From positions 1,722,460-1,786,459 of the forward strand of contig NZ_JAXHNZ010000002.1 in NCBI RefSeq assembly GCF_034520025.1: a stretch of DNA of 64,000 nucleotides, given 5' to 3'. The position numbers and the translations under genes were made by a program. Below, in pieces: positions 20,275-28,290 of this stretch. The stretch is from Rhodoferax sp. GTDB lineage: Bacteria; Pseudomonadota; Gammaproteobacteria; Burkholderiales; Burkholderiaceae_C. The stretch's first letter is position 1. Each line of letters begins with the position of its first letter. The notes under the pieces were generated by a model that saw nothing but the letters and a program-made list of their open reading frames with translations, was not told the DNA's origin and searched no databases.

Positions 20275-20322
20275 GGGTAGATCCGCGCAGGGCAGAGCGC
20301 TCTGCCTTGGTATGCTCGCGCC

Positions 20323-21024
20323 ATGGCCCATTTACTGATTGTTGAAGACGACGAATTGCTGCGCGACGGCCTGTGCGCGCAGCTGGTGCACGCCGGCCAC
20401 AGCGTGAGCAGCGCCAGCGACGGCGCACAAGCCCAAAACCTGCTGGAGTCCACCCGTTTTGACGGCGTGGTGCTCGACCTGGGCTTGCCTGTGGTGGACG
20501 GCATTACCGTGCTGATCTGGATACGCCAGCGCCTGGCTGCGCTGCCGGTACTCATCCTCACCGCGCGCGATGGCGTGGAAGACCGGGTGCAAGGCTTGAA
20601 CGCTGGCGCTGACGACTACCTCACCAAACCCTTTGAGATGGCCGAGCTGCTTGCCCGCTTGGAGGCCATGCTGCGCCGCTCGCGGCTGCCCGCCTTTGGC
20701 GGTTCGCTCGAAGTGCAGAGCAGCACCAGCAAAAACCTGCGCCTCGACCCGGTACTGCCCTTGGGCTGGCTGGGCGAAGAAGCGATGGAGCTCACCCACC
20801 GCGAGTGGTCCTTGCTCTCGCTGATGGTCAACAACATGGGGCAAGTCGTGAGCCGCGAAGACGTGCTGGCCGTTTGGCAAACCGCGCCGCAAGAAGGTGG
20901 TGCCGCCGGCTCCAATGCGCTGGAGGTGTACGTGCACCGCCTGCGCCGCAAACTCAACGACAGTGGCCTCAACATCCGCAACGTACGCGGCTTGGGCTAC
21001 ATGCTCGAATCGGACACCCCGTGA
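20323..21024 (+). CDS. OmpR-family response regulator (TctD/QseB-like)
   Basis: LLIVEDD, VVLDLGLP, LILTARD, GADDYLTKPF, winged helix NALEVYVHRLRRKL..RNVRGLGY. Confidence 0.95.
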   Translation: MAHLLIVEDDELLRDGLCAQLVHAGHSVSSASDGAQAQNLLESTRFDGVVLDLGLPVVDGITVLIWIRQRLAALPVLILTARDGVEDRVQGLNAGADDYLTKPFEMAELLARLEAMLRRSRLPAFGGSLEVQSSTSKNLRLDPVLPLGWLGEEAMELTHREWSLLSLMVNNMGQVVSREDVLAVWQTAPQEGGAAGSNALEVYVHRLRRKLNDSGLNIRNVRGLGYMLESDTP

Positions 21025-22397
21025 GCCGCCCTGCGCGCTTTTCGCTCAAGCGACAGCTCTTGATATGGCTGTTGCTGCCACAGTTGGTGCTGTGGCTGAT
21101 GGGGGGCGTGCTGGCATTCCGGGTCGCGCTGGCCTATGCCGAAAAGACCATTGACCAATCGCTCACGCAATCGGTGCGCTCGCTGTCGCGGCAGGTCAAG
21201 CCCATGGGCTCGGGCCTGTTGATCGACTTTCCCCGCGCAGCACGCGACATCATTGAGCAAGACCCGGACGACCGCGTGGCCTACATGGTGTCATCGCCGC
21301 CAGGCAGCTTTTTGCTCGGCAACACCAAAATTCCCGGGCGCACGCCCGACCTTTACTCCGCCGACAACGAACCCGTGCTGTACGAGGTGGTCATGGACGG
21401 CAAGCCCATGCGGGTCGCATCCATCGACTTGAGTTTTGGCGATGGCTTTACCGACCAGCGCATGCGGGTGCAGGTGGCCAAAAGCCTGGTCGCGCAGCAG
21501 CGTATAGCCCGCGAGCTGGTGCGCGATGTGCTCTTCCCGCTTCTGCTGCTGGGCGCCGTGTTGAGCGTGCTGGTGTACGAGGGCGTGCGCCGCGGGCTGG
21601 CGCCGCTGGAGCGGCTGGAAGCGCAGCTGGCCAACCGCAATATGGCGTCGCTCTCGCCCATCGAGATGACGCAAGCGCCCGAAGAAGTGCACTCGTTGGC
21701 TAACACCCTGAACCAACTGCTCACCACCCTGCGCCGCAGCCTGAGCCAGGAAAAGCGCTTTTTGAACGATGCCGCCCACCAACTGCGCACGCCGCTGGCC
21801 GGCCTCATCAGCCAGACCGAGCTGGCCATGCAAGAGACAGACCCCGACGCCCTGCAACAGCGCCTGACCAAAGTGCACACCGGCGCCCAGCGCAGCGCCC
21901 ACCTGGTGCACCAGCTGCTGTCATTGGCCCGCACCGAGGCGGAGGTGAGCCTGGTGCCGGTGGATGCCGCGTCACTCGCGCGCGAAGTGGCCCGCGAATG
22001 GACCCGCCGCGCGTTAGCAGCTGGCGTGGACCTGGGCTACGAAGGCGAAGACAGCGTGATGGTGCCCGCCGACAAACTACTGCTGCGCGAAGTGCTGAGC
22101 AACCTCATCGACAACGCCCTGCGCTACGCCGGCAAAGGCGCCGTAGTCACGCTGCGCACCACGGTGCGCGACGGCGTATGCTGGCTGGATGTGGAAGACA
22201 CCGGCCCCGGCCTCTCGACCGAGCATCTGGAGCGCGTGTTTGAACGCTTCTGGCGCGCCAGCGAACTGCCCGGCGGCTGCGGCCTGGGCTTGTCTATCGT
22301 GGCGGAAATTGCGCGGCGGCATAACGGAACGGCAACTGCGCAGACGACATTGCCGCATGGGTTGACGATTCGGTTGGAGTTGCCGTTGCAGGGGTGA
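21021..22397 (+). CDS. Sensor histidine kinase (TctE/QseC-like)
   Basis: GTG 21021 overlaps the regulator stop; two TMs, HAMP, AAHQLRTPL, SNLIDNALRY, DTGPG, GCGLGLSIV. Confidence 0.93.
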   Translation: MSRPARFSLKRQLLIWLLLPQLVLWLMGGVLAFRVALAYAEKTIDQSLTQSVRSLSRQVKPMGSGLLIDFPRAARDIIEQDPDDRVAYMVSSPPGSFLLGNTKIPGRTPDLYSADNEPVLYEVVMDGKPMRVASIDLSFGDGFTDQRMRVQVAKSLVAQQRIARELVRDVLFPLLLLGAVLSVLVYEGVRRGLAPLERLEAQLANRNMASLSPIEMTQAPEEVHSLANTLNQLLTTLRRSLSQEKRFLNDAAHQLRTPLAGLISQTELAMQETDPDALQQRLTKVHTGAQRSAHLVHQLLSLARTEAEVSLVPVDAASLAREVAREWTRRALAAGVDLGYEGEDSVMVPADKLLLREVLSNLIDNALRYAGKGAVVTLRTTVRDGVCWLDVEDTGPGLSTEHLERVFERFWRASELPGGCGLGLSIVAEIARRHNGTATAQTTLPHGLTIRLELPLQG

Positions 22398-22695
22398 TGG
22401 TTAGTGTGGTGCATCGACCGGCTCAACCCGCCTGCGGATACCAGCGAATTCACCCGAACAGGGGATATTCAGAAGGCAACATTCCCGTGAAAATCTAGCA
22501 ATTTGCAACCCATTTCATTTCTTGCAAGCTGCTGGGTTTGTCGGAGTTTTTAGACCTGTACAAACGGATACGAAAATTTCTGAGATCGAGTCTGCGAGAG
22601 GCTTTTCAGCGCGATCTACGCTCAGCTTATCCCGTAGTCGCCAGAGTATCCCGCAGGTTGTGCCTGCACACATTACATCGGACATCTATTCATAA

Positions 22696-23261
22696 ATGAA
22701 AATCTACGAAGCCAAAAATCGCATCACAAGGCAGCGAACTATCGCAGCGGTCCTTATGCTTGTCTCAATACTTTTTTTGCATTTGCCGCGCTAAAGAGCA
22801 TCTATTTTTCTATGGCTGGTGACACAACTGCCCTCTCTTCTCTGAGTCGCGGAGTTCAACGACTGGTCTACTTCATCTACGAGAGAACACAGTTTTTCTC
22901 ATATTTCTGGGAGTGGGCACCAGTTATCAATCCTAAGGAGCCCAACACTTCGGGAAACCTTGGGTTTCTTTTCGTAGTTGTATGCGGAGCAATTGGACGC
23001 ACCATGTGGGATAGCGCATTAAGTCTGTCGTGGCGAATCAAGAAGACCATACAAAAAGTCGAGGAACTTGGGTGGGAGCAGGAACTCATGGCGCAGCGAG
23101 GGCAAATCCCGGGGGCAAAACCCGACGTACTTCAAATCAACATTGAGCTTGAACAGAAGGAGCAGTGGTACAAGCGGCCGATAGGTCTTCTATTAGTTTG
23201 TGTAGCCATTGCCATACTCGGACAGTGGATGAATCTGCAATTCGGACTCGTCAAGCTGTGA
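22696..23261 (+). pseudogene. YniB-like membrane protein interrupted by a frameshift in a T7 run
   Basis: ATG 22696 frame stops at TAA 22792-22794; one extra T in the run 22772-22778 fuses it to ORF 22812-23261, giving 188 aa. Resembles E. coli YniB as recalled from memory. Confidence 0.6.
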
Positions 23262-23262
23262 T

Positions 23263-23320
23263 GCCCAACCTGTCAATACAACGGACCGCCTCCGGCGGCC
23301 GCTGAATTCAAACGTTTATT
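23263..23320 (+). mobile_element. Integron attC site (59-base element)
   Basis: R'' GCCCAAC, 5-nt spacer CTGTC, L'' AATACAAC, stem GG(A)CCGCC-TCC-GGCGG-CC, L' GCTGAAT, 6-nt spacer TCAAAC, R' GTT. 58 bp, starting 1 bp after the upstream stop. Confidence 0.85.
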
Positions 23321-23332
23321 GCCAAATTCATC

Positions 23333-23989
23333 ATGTCGCATGAGTCCAACGGGTATGTAAGACTGATGCCGAAACGGGACTGGGCACGTGCACCCGCCCG
23401 GCAGCATCAGTTTCGGGTTCTGGAGCCATGGTGGCAACCGTACGAACTGATAGTCACGCGTTCGAGGCAACTCCGTAAGATCGAACCAAGTGCCTACTGC
23501 GAACTTCTTTGTGAAGGGGAGCGGAGACATCTCCTTATCCCACTAGCCTTGGAGCCGATCCTGGCTGATGCCGTTATTGGCCTTGGCAAGCTGTTACTTA
23601 CGGGCGGGCGAGAAGAGCGATTTATGACCTTGTTTAAGGTCTACGAGGCGCTCCAGCCAAATCCCGAGATGAAGTTCGCTGCAGTCCGCCACGCATTGGC
23701 GCACGCCACAGTCGTTCTGGATAGGCCAAAGACAGTTTCAGCACTTCTGGATCTCTTTGGCACGACGAGAATTGATCTATCAACCTACACGCATCAACGA
23801 ATTTTCTGGCAGGTGTTGGGCAGTCTTTTAACCACTGTTGACACCCTCCTTGCCTCAAGAATTGAAATGTCGGCTCTACAGTTCACGATGTCTGATGAGA
23901 TTGCACAGCCGCTCACCGTCAGTGTTGCCAGCTACTACTTCCGAACGGAGCTCAGTGAGTTGCGGTCTAACCAGCCTAGAGCAATGTGA
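23333..23989 (+). CDS. Hypothetical cassette-like protein with a possible HEPN motif
   Basis: 218-aa ORF starting 12 bp after attC; LFKVYEAL...VRHALAH (Rx4H); lower GC than flanks. Confidence 0.6.
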   Translation: MSHESNGYVRLMPKRDWARAPARQHQFRVLEPWWQPYELIVTRSRQLRKIEPSAYCELLCEGERRHLLIPLALEPILADAVIGLGKLLLTGGREERFMTLFKVYEALQPNPEMKFAAVRHALAHATVVLDRPKTVSALLDLFGTTRIDLSTYTHQRIFWQVLGSLLTTVDTLLASRIEMSALQFTMSDEIAQPLTVSVASYYFRTELSELRSNQPRAM

Positions 23990-24014
23990 AAGTCAGCTTA
24001 CAGCCTTGGATCAA

Positions 24015-24047
24015 CCGGGCTGCCCCATAAGGGCAGCCCGGCTTTTT
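24015..24047 (+). terminator. Intrinsic terminator between convergent genes
   Basis: CCGGGCTGCCC-CATAA-GGGCAGCCCGG perfect 11-bp stem, followed by CTTTTT on +. Confidence 0.8.
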
Positions 24048-24065
24048 CATTAAGGTCTTGAAAAA

Positions 24066-25142
24066 TTAAACGTCCAAACGCACACCCGTCGCAGTGCTGA
24101 ACCAGTTGGTGTTCGCAGGGTTCACGCGCAGGCCGACTTGGTCGCCGGCTTTCCAAGATGCGCTTGGGGCGGTGCGCACGGTCACTTCACCAGAGGCTGT
24201 TTTCACGACCACATAGGTGTCAGCGCCAGTGGGTTCCACTACCGCCACTTCGCCGCGCCAAGCAGCGTCACCAGCGATCAACTCGATGTGCTCGGGGCGC
24301 ACGCCCAGGGTGGCGTCGCCAGCGGCTGGGGTTGCCAGCTCCAGGGTGCTGCCGTTGAAAGTAAAGCGGCCTTGCGCGCCGGGCACTTCCACATGGCCCT
24401 TGATCAGGTTCATGGTGGGCGAGCCGATGAAGGTGGCCACATAGGTGTTAGCCGGGCGGTTGTAGATGTCGTCGGGTGTGCCGATTTGTTGCAGGATGCC
24501 GTCCTTCATGACAGCGATGCGGCTGCCCAAGGTCATGGCTTCGATCTGGTCGTGTGTCACGTACACGCTGGTGATGCCAGACACTTGATGCAGGCGCTTG
24601 ATTTCGGCGCGCATTTCCACGCGGAGCTTGGCGTCCAAGTTGGAGAGTGGCTCGTCAAACAAGAACAGCTGAGGGTCGCGTGCCAAGGCACGGCCCATGG
24701 CCACACGCTGGCGCTGACCGCCAGACAACTGCGCAGGGCGGCGGTCTAACAAGTGCTCGATCTGCAACATAGCGGCCACTTCGGCAATGCGCTTTTTACG
24801 CTCTTCCACGGGCACCTTGCGCATTTCCAAGGCGAAGCCGATGTTGTCGGCCACGCTCATGGTGGGGTACAGGGCGTAGCTCTGGAACACCATGGCAATG
24901 TCGCGCTGTGCGGGGGCTACGCCCACCACGTTTTTGCCGGCAATGCGCAGCTCACCTTCGGATGGCTCTTCGAGACCGGCAATGATGTTGAGCAAGGTGG
25001 ACTTGCCGCAACCCGAGGGGCCAACCAGGATCAAGAATTCGCCGGGGGCGACGTCGATTTCGATCTTTTTCAAGACTTCAACGGCTTTGTCGCCTTTGCC
25101 GAAAACTTTGCGAATGCCTGCGATTTGGAGAGAAGCTGCCAT
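24066..25142 (-). CDS. Sugar ABC transporter ATP-binding protein (MalK/UgpC-like)
   Basis: GPSGCGKST, AMVFQSYALYP, LSGGQRQRVAMGR, LFDEPLSNLDAKLR, TOBE domain. Confidence 0.96.
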   Translation of the reverse strand: MAASLQIAGIRKVFGKGDKAVEVLKKIEIDVAPGEFLILVGPSGCGKSTLLNIIAGLEEPSEGELRIAGKNVVGVAPAQRDIAMVFQSYALYPTMSVADNIGFALEMRKVPVEERKKRIAEVAAMLQIEHLLDRRPAQLSGGQRQRVAMGRALARDPQLFLFDEPLSNLDAKLRVEMRAEIKRLHQVSGITSVYVTHDQIEAMTLGSRIAVMKDGILQQIGTPDDIYNRPANTYVATFIGSPTMNLIKGHVEVPGAQGRFTFNGSTLELATPAAGDATLGVRPEHIELIAGDAAWRGEVAVVEPTGADTYVVVKTASGEVTVRTAPSASWKAGDQVGLRVNPANTNWFSTATGVRLDV

Positions 25143-25145
25143 TTT

Positions 25146-26000
25146 TTATCCTTTCACCGCGCCAGCGGTGAGACCTTTCACGAAGTATTGACCTGCCAGT
25201 ACGTAGACCAACATGGTGGGGAGACCTGCAATCACGGCCGCAGCCATGTCGACGTTGTAGCTTTTAACACTGCTGGAGGTGTTGGCCATGTTGTTCAGGC
25301 CGACAGTGATGGGCTTGCTGTCTGCGCCGCTGAAGGCCACGCCGAACAGGAAGTCGTTCCAGATGTTGGTGAATTGCCAGATGAGGGTCACCATCAAAAT
25401 CGGGGTGGACATGGGCACCACAATGCGGAAGAAAATGCGCCAGAAACCGGCACCGTCAATGCGCGCAGCGTTCACCAACTCTTTGGGGATGGCGGTGTAG
25501 TAGTTGCGGAAGAACAGCGTAGTACCGGCCAAACCTGCAATGCAGTGCACCAAAATCAAGCCACCCAGCGAGCTGGACAGGCCCAGAAAACCGAGCACCT
25601 GGCTCATGGGCAACAACACGACCTGGAAAGGCATGAACACGCCAAACAGCATGAAGCCAAACAGCACTTCGCTGCCTTTGAACTTCCACATGCTTAGTAC
25701 GTAGCCGTTGATAGCGCCCCACGCGGTGGAGATCAGCACCGCGGGCACCGCCATGATGATGGAGTTGGTAAAGAAGGGTTGCAAACCGCGGCAGTCCACA
25801 CCGGTGCAGGCGGTGGACCAGGCGGCAGACCAGGCCTCAAAGTTGAGCGAGGTGGGCAGGCTCAGCAAGTTGCCGGAGCGGATTTGCTCGGCGTCCTTGA
25901 ACGAGGTGGCCAACATCACGTACAGCGGCGCCAAAAAGAAGAAGGCGGCCAGCAGCAGCGTGGCGTAGATCAGGATGCGGGGTAGGTTTTTGGTCAGCAT
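25146..26000 (-). CDS. Carbohydrate ABC transporter permease (GtsC-like)
   Basis: TM helices; EAA loop IPKELVNAARIDGAG; QFTNIWNDFLFG. Confidence 0.95.
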   Translation of the reverse strand: MLTKNLPRILIYATLLLAAFFFLAPLYVMLATSFKDAEQIRSGNLLSLPTSLNFEAWSAAWSTACTGVDCRGLQPFFTNSIIMAVPAVLISTAWGAINGYVLSMWKFKGSEVLFGFMLFGVFMPFQVVLLPMSQVLGFLGLSSSLGGLILVHCIAGLAGTTLFFRNYYTAIPKELVNAARIDGAGFWRIFFRIVVPMSTPILMVTLIWQFTNIWNDFLFGVAFSGADSKPITVGLNNMANTSSSVKSYNVDMAAAVIAGLPTMLVYVLAGQYFVKGLTAGAVKG

Positions 26001-26006
26001 AAGGTG

Positions 26007-26060
26007 CGATCGTGGGGGACGGTCGTAAGTAACGGTCGTGGGTTAACGGTCGTGGGGTTT
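26007..26060. repeat. Four degenerate 13-14 bp tandem units across the permease junction
   Basis: CGATCGTGGGGGA / CGGTCGTAAGTAA / CGGTCGTGGGTTAA / CGGTCGTGGGGTTT. Confidence 0.75.
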
Positions 26061-26921
26061 GGTGCGCAATTCGCTGTACAGGTAGGGCACCACCAAGGCG
26101 GCCACGAACACCAGCATCATGGTGGCGCTGGCTGCGCCCAGGCCGATCTGGCCGCGGGTGAAGCTCATCACGTACATAAAGGTGGCAGGCACGTCAGACG
26201 CGTAGCCGGGGCCGCCCGAGGTGAGCGCCATGACCAAGTCAAAGCTCTTGATCGACAAGTGCGACAACACCAACACGGTGGAGAACACTACTGGGCGCAG
26301 GATGGGCAGAATAATGCGCCAGTAAATGCGGGGCAACGAGGCGCCGTCAATCTGGGCCGCTTTGATGATGCTGTCGTCAATGCCGCGCAGGCCAGCCAAC
26401 GACAAAGCCATGGCAAAACCGGCGGACTGCCAGATACCGGCAATCACCACGCAGTAAATGGCGGTTTCAGACTGAACCAGCCAGTCGAAGCTGAAGCTGG
26501 TCCAGCCAAAGTCGTGCATCAATTTTTCGAGGCCAAGACTGGGATTCAAGATCCACTTCCATGCGGTGCCGGTCACGATGAATGACAGAGCCATGGGGTA
26601 GAGGTAAATGGTGCGCAGCACGCCTTCGGCGCGAATTTTCTGGTCCAAGAAAATCGCCAAGCCCATGCCGAGAGCCATGGAGCCGCCCACATATAAAACG
26701 CTGAAAATGCCAAGGTTTTTCAAGGCGACATACCAGCGGTCCATTTCCCAGAGGCGCACATATTGCTCCAAGCCCACGAACTCGTCGTAGTTGGGCAGCA
26801 TGCGCGAGCCGGTGACCGACAGGATGCCGTTCCAGATCATGAATCCGTAAATGAAGGCGAAGCCGAGCACAAAGCCCGGGGCGATCACCAGCTTGGGGAG
26901 GATGTTTTCGATGGTTTTCAT
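26043..26921 (-). CDS. Carbohydrate ABC transporter permease (GtsB-like)
   Basis: FVGLEQY, RTIYLYPMALS, LAGLRGIDDSIIKAAQIDGA. Confidence 0.95.
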   Translation of the reverse strand: MKTIENILPKLVIAPGFVLGFAFIYGFMIWNGILSVTGSRMLPNYDEFVGLEQYVRLWEMDRWYVALKNLGIFSVLYVGGSMALGMGLAIFLDQKIRAEGVLRTIYLYPMALSFIVTGTAWKWILNPSLGLEKLMHDFGWTSFSFDWLVQSETAIYCVVIAGIWQSAGFAMALSLAGLRGIDDSIIKAAQIDGASLPRIYWRIILPILRPVVFSTVLVLSHLSIKSFDLVMALTSGGPGYASDVPATFMYVMSFTRGQIGLGAASATMMLVFVAALVVPYLYSELRTKPHDR

Positions 26922-26926
26922 AAGTC

Positions 26927-28189
26927 TTACTTTTGCTTTGGCGCGCTAACTGCGACCAATTTGGCGACGGCTTCGCTCACGCTCAGCTTGTCGTTGTTCC
27001 AGAACTCGCTTACTGCAGCGCGCATTGCAGCTTGCTGCGACGACGGCAATGCCATGCCATGTGCCACCGACGGAACCAGTGAGCCCGCAGCGGAGGTGGC
27101 GACAAAGTCTTTGCTGGAGGTTTTGGCGCAGTCGTCAAACTTGTCCATGTTCATACCCAAGCGGACCGGAATGGAGCCCTTGCGCAGATTGAACTTCTCC
27201 TGAAACTCTTTGCCCATCAACAAATAGGCCAGATAGCCCTGGGCCTTTTGGGCCTCCCAGCCTTTGAGCTGGAACATGGCAAAAGAGTCAACGTTAAAGG
27301 TATAGGCGTTGGCAGTGCCAGGGGCTGCTGAGCAGGTGAACTCTTTGCCCGGCGTTTGGCCTGCAGCCAGGAACTCGCCTTTGGCCCAATCGCCCATGAA
27401 TTGGAAACCGGCTTTGCCGTTGATCACCAGTTCGGTGGTGATATTCCAGTCGCGGCCGCTGGAGGCGGGGTCGGTATAGCTCTTGAGGCGGCGGAAAGTC
27501 TCTAGCGCCTTTTTCATGTCATCGCTGTTGATAGCAGCGCGGTCAAGTTTGACCAGTGCCTTGTCGTAAAGGCTTGCACCGCCCACACCCAGCACCACGG
27601 ACTCAAACACCGTGAAGTCTTGCCAGTCTTGGCCACCGTGGGCCAGGGGGATCAGGCCGGCGGCCTTGATTTTGTCAGCGGCAGCAAAAAACTCGTCATA
27701 GGTTTTGGGCAACGCGGCAACGCCTGCTTTTTTGAGCACGGCGGAGTTGGCCCACAACCAGTTCACCCGGTGCACATTGACAGGGACGGCCACATAGCGG
27801 CCTTTGTGTTTCATTTGGTCAGCAACGACCTTGGGGAGCGTTTCGTCCCACTTCTCGAAAGACGCCATTGCGTCGAGGTTGGTCAGTACACCCAACTCAG
27901 CCCACTCCTGAATGGCAGGGCCCTTGATATTGGCGGCTGCAGGGGCATTACCAGCCAGCACCCGCTGCTTGAGTACGGCCATGGCGTTCTGGCCACCACC
28001 ACCGGTCACGGTGAAGTCGCGCCAAGTGTGCCCACGTTTTCCCATCATGTCTTTGAGCTCAACCACCGACTTGGCTTCGCCGCCAGAGGTCCAATAGTGC
28101 AGCACCTCGACCTCTCCCGCGAACACGCTTGCGCCTGCGCATAAAGCACATGCAGCGGCAAACCGGCGCGCGAAAGCTGTAAAAGCCAT
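26927..28189 (-). CDS. Sugar ABC substrate-binding protein, second paralogue (GtsA-like)
   Basis: EVEVLHYWTSGGE, PVNVHRVNWLW, FMGDWAKGEF, NLRKGSIPVR. Confidence 0.93.
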   Translation of the reverse strand: MAFTAFARRFAAACALCAGASVFAGEVEVLHYWTSGGEAKSVVELKDMMGKRGHTWRDFTVTGGGGQNAMAVLKQRVLAGNAPAAANIKGPAIQEWAELGVLTNLDAMASFEKWDETLPKVVADQMKHKGRYVAVPVNVHRVNWLWANSAVLKKAGVAALPKTYDEFFAAADKIKAAGLIPLAHGGQDWQDFTVFESVVLGVGGASLYDKALVKLDRAAINSDDMKKALETFRRLKSYTDPASSGRDWNITTELVINGKAGFQFMGDWAKGEFLAAGQTPGKEFTCSAAPGTANAYTFNVDSFAMFQLKGWEAQKAQGYLAYLLMGKEFQEKFNLRKGSIPVRLGMNMDKFDDCAKTSSKDFVATSAAGSLVPSVAHGMALPSSQQAAMRAAVSEFWNNDKLSVSEAVAKLVAVSAPKQK

Positions 28190-28219
28190 GGGAATAGACC
28201 TGAAGAACACGGGATTTAA

Positions 28220-28252
28220 ATAGCCCTACCCCTGAGACAGAGATAGGGCTAT
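28220..28252. other. Stem-loop between the two binding-protein genes
   Basis: ATAGCCCTA (28220-28228) and TAGGGCTAT (28244-28252) form a perfect inverted repeat. Confidence 0.6.
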
Positions 28253-28290
28253 CGAACGAGAGAACGGCGCCTGCTGGCGCCGGCCAGGGC

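Noticed and set aside
22398-22656. attI site or integrase remnant upstream of the cassettes
   Set aside because: No IntI-like translation and no clear attI direct repeats by eye; unresolved without a profile search.
26007-26060. CRISPR interpretation of this tandem repeat or of the 60-bp motif
   Set aside because: Units are 13-14 bp without spacers, the 60-bp copies are dispersed, and there are no cas genes.
28115-28160. GTGC-N11-GCGC in the signal peptide of the second binding protein
   Set aside because: The GCTA-N9-TAGC half is absent; could be chance in Ala-rich sequence.
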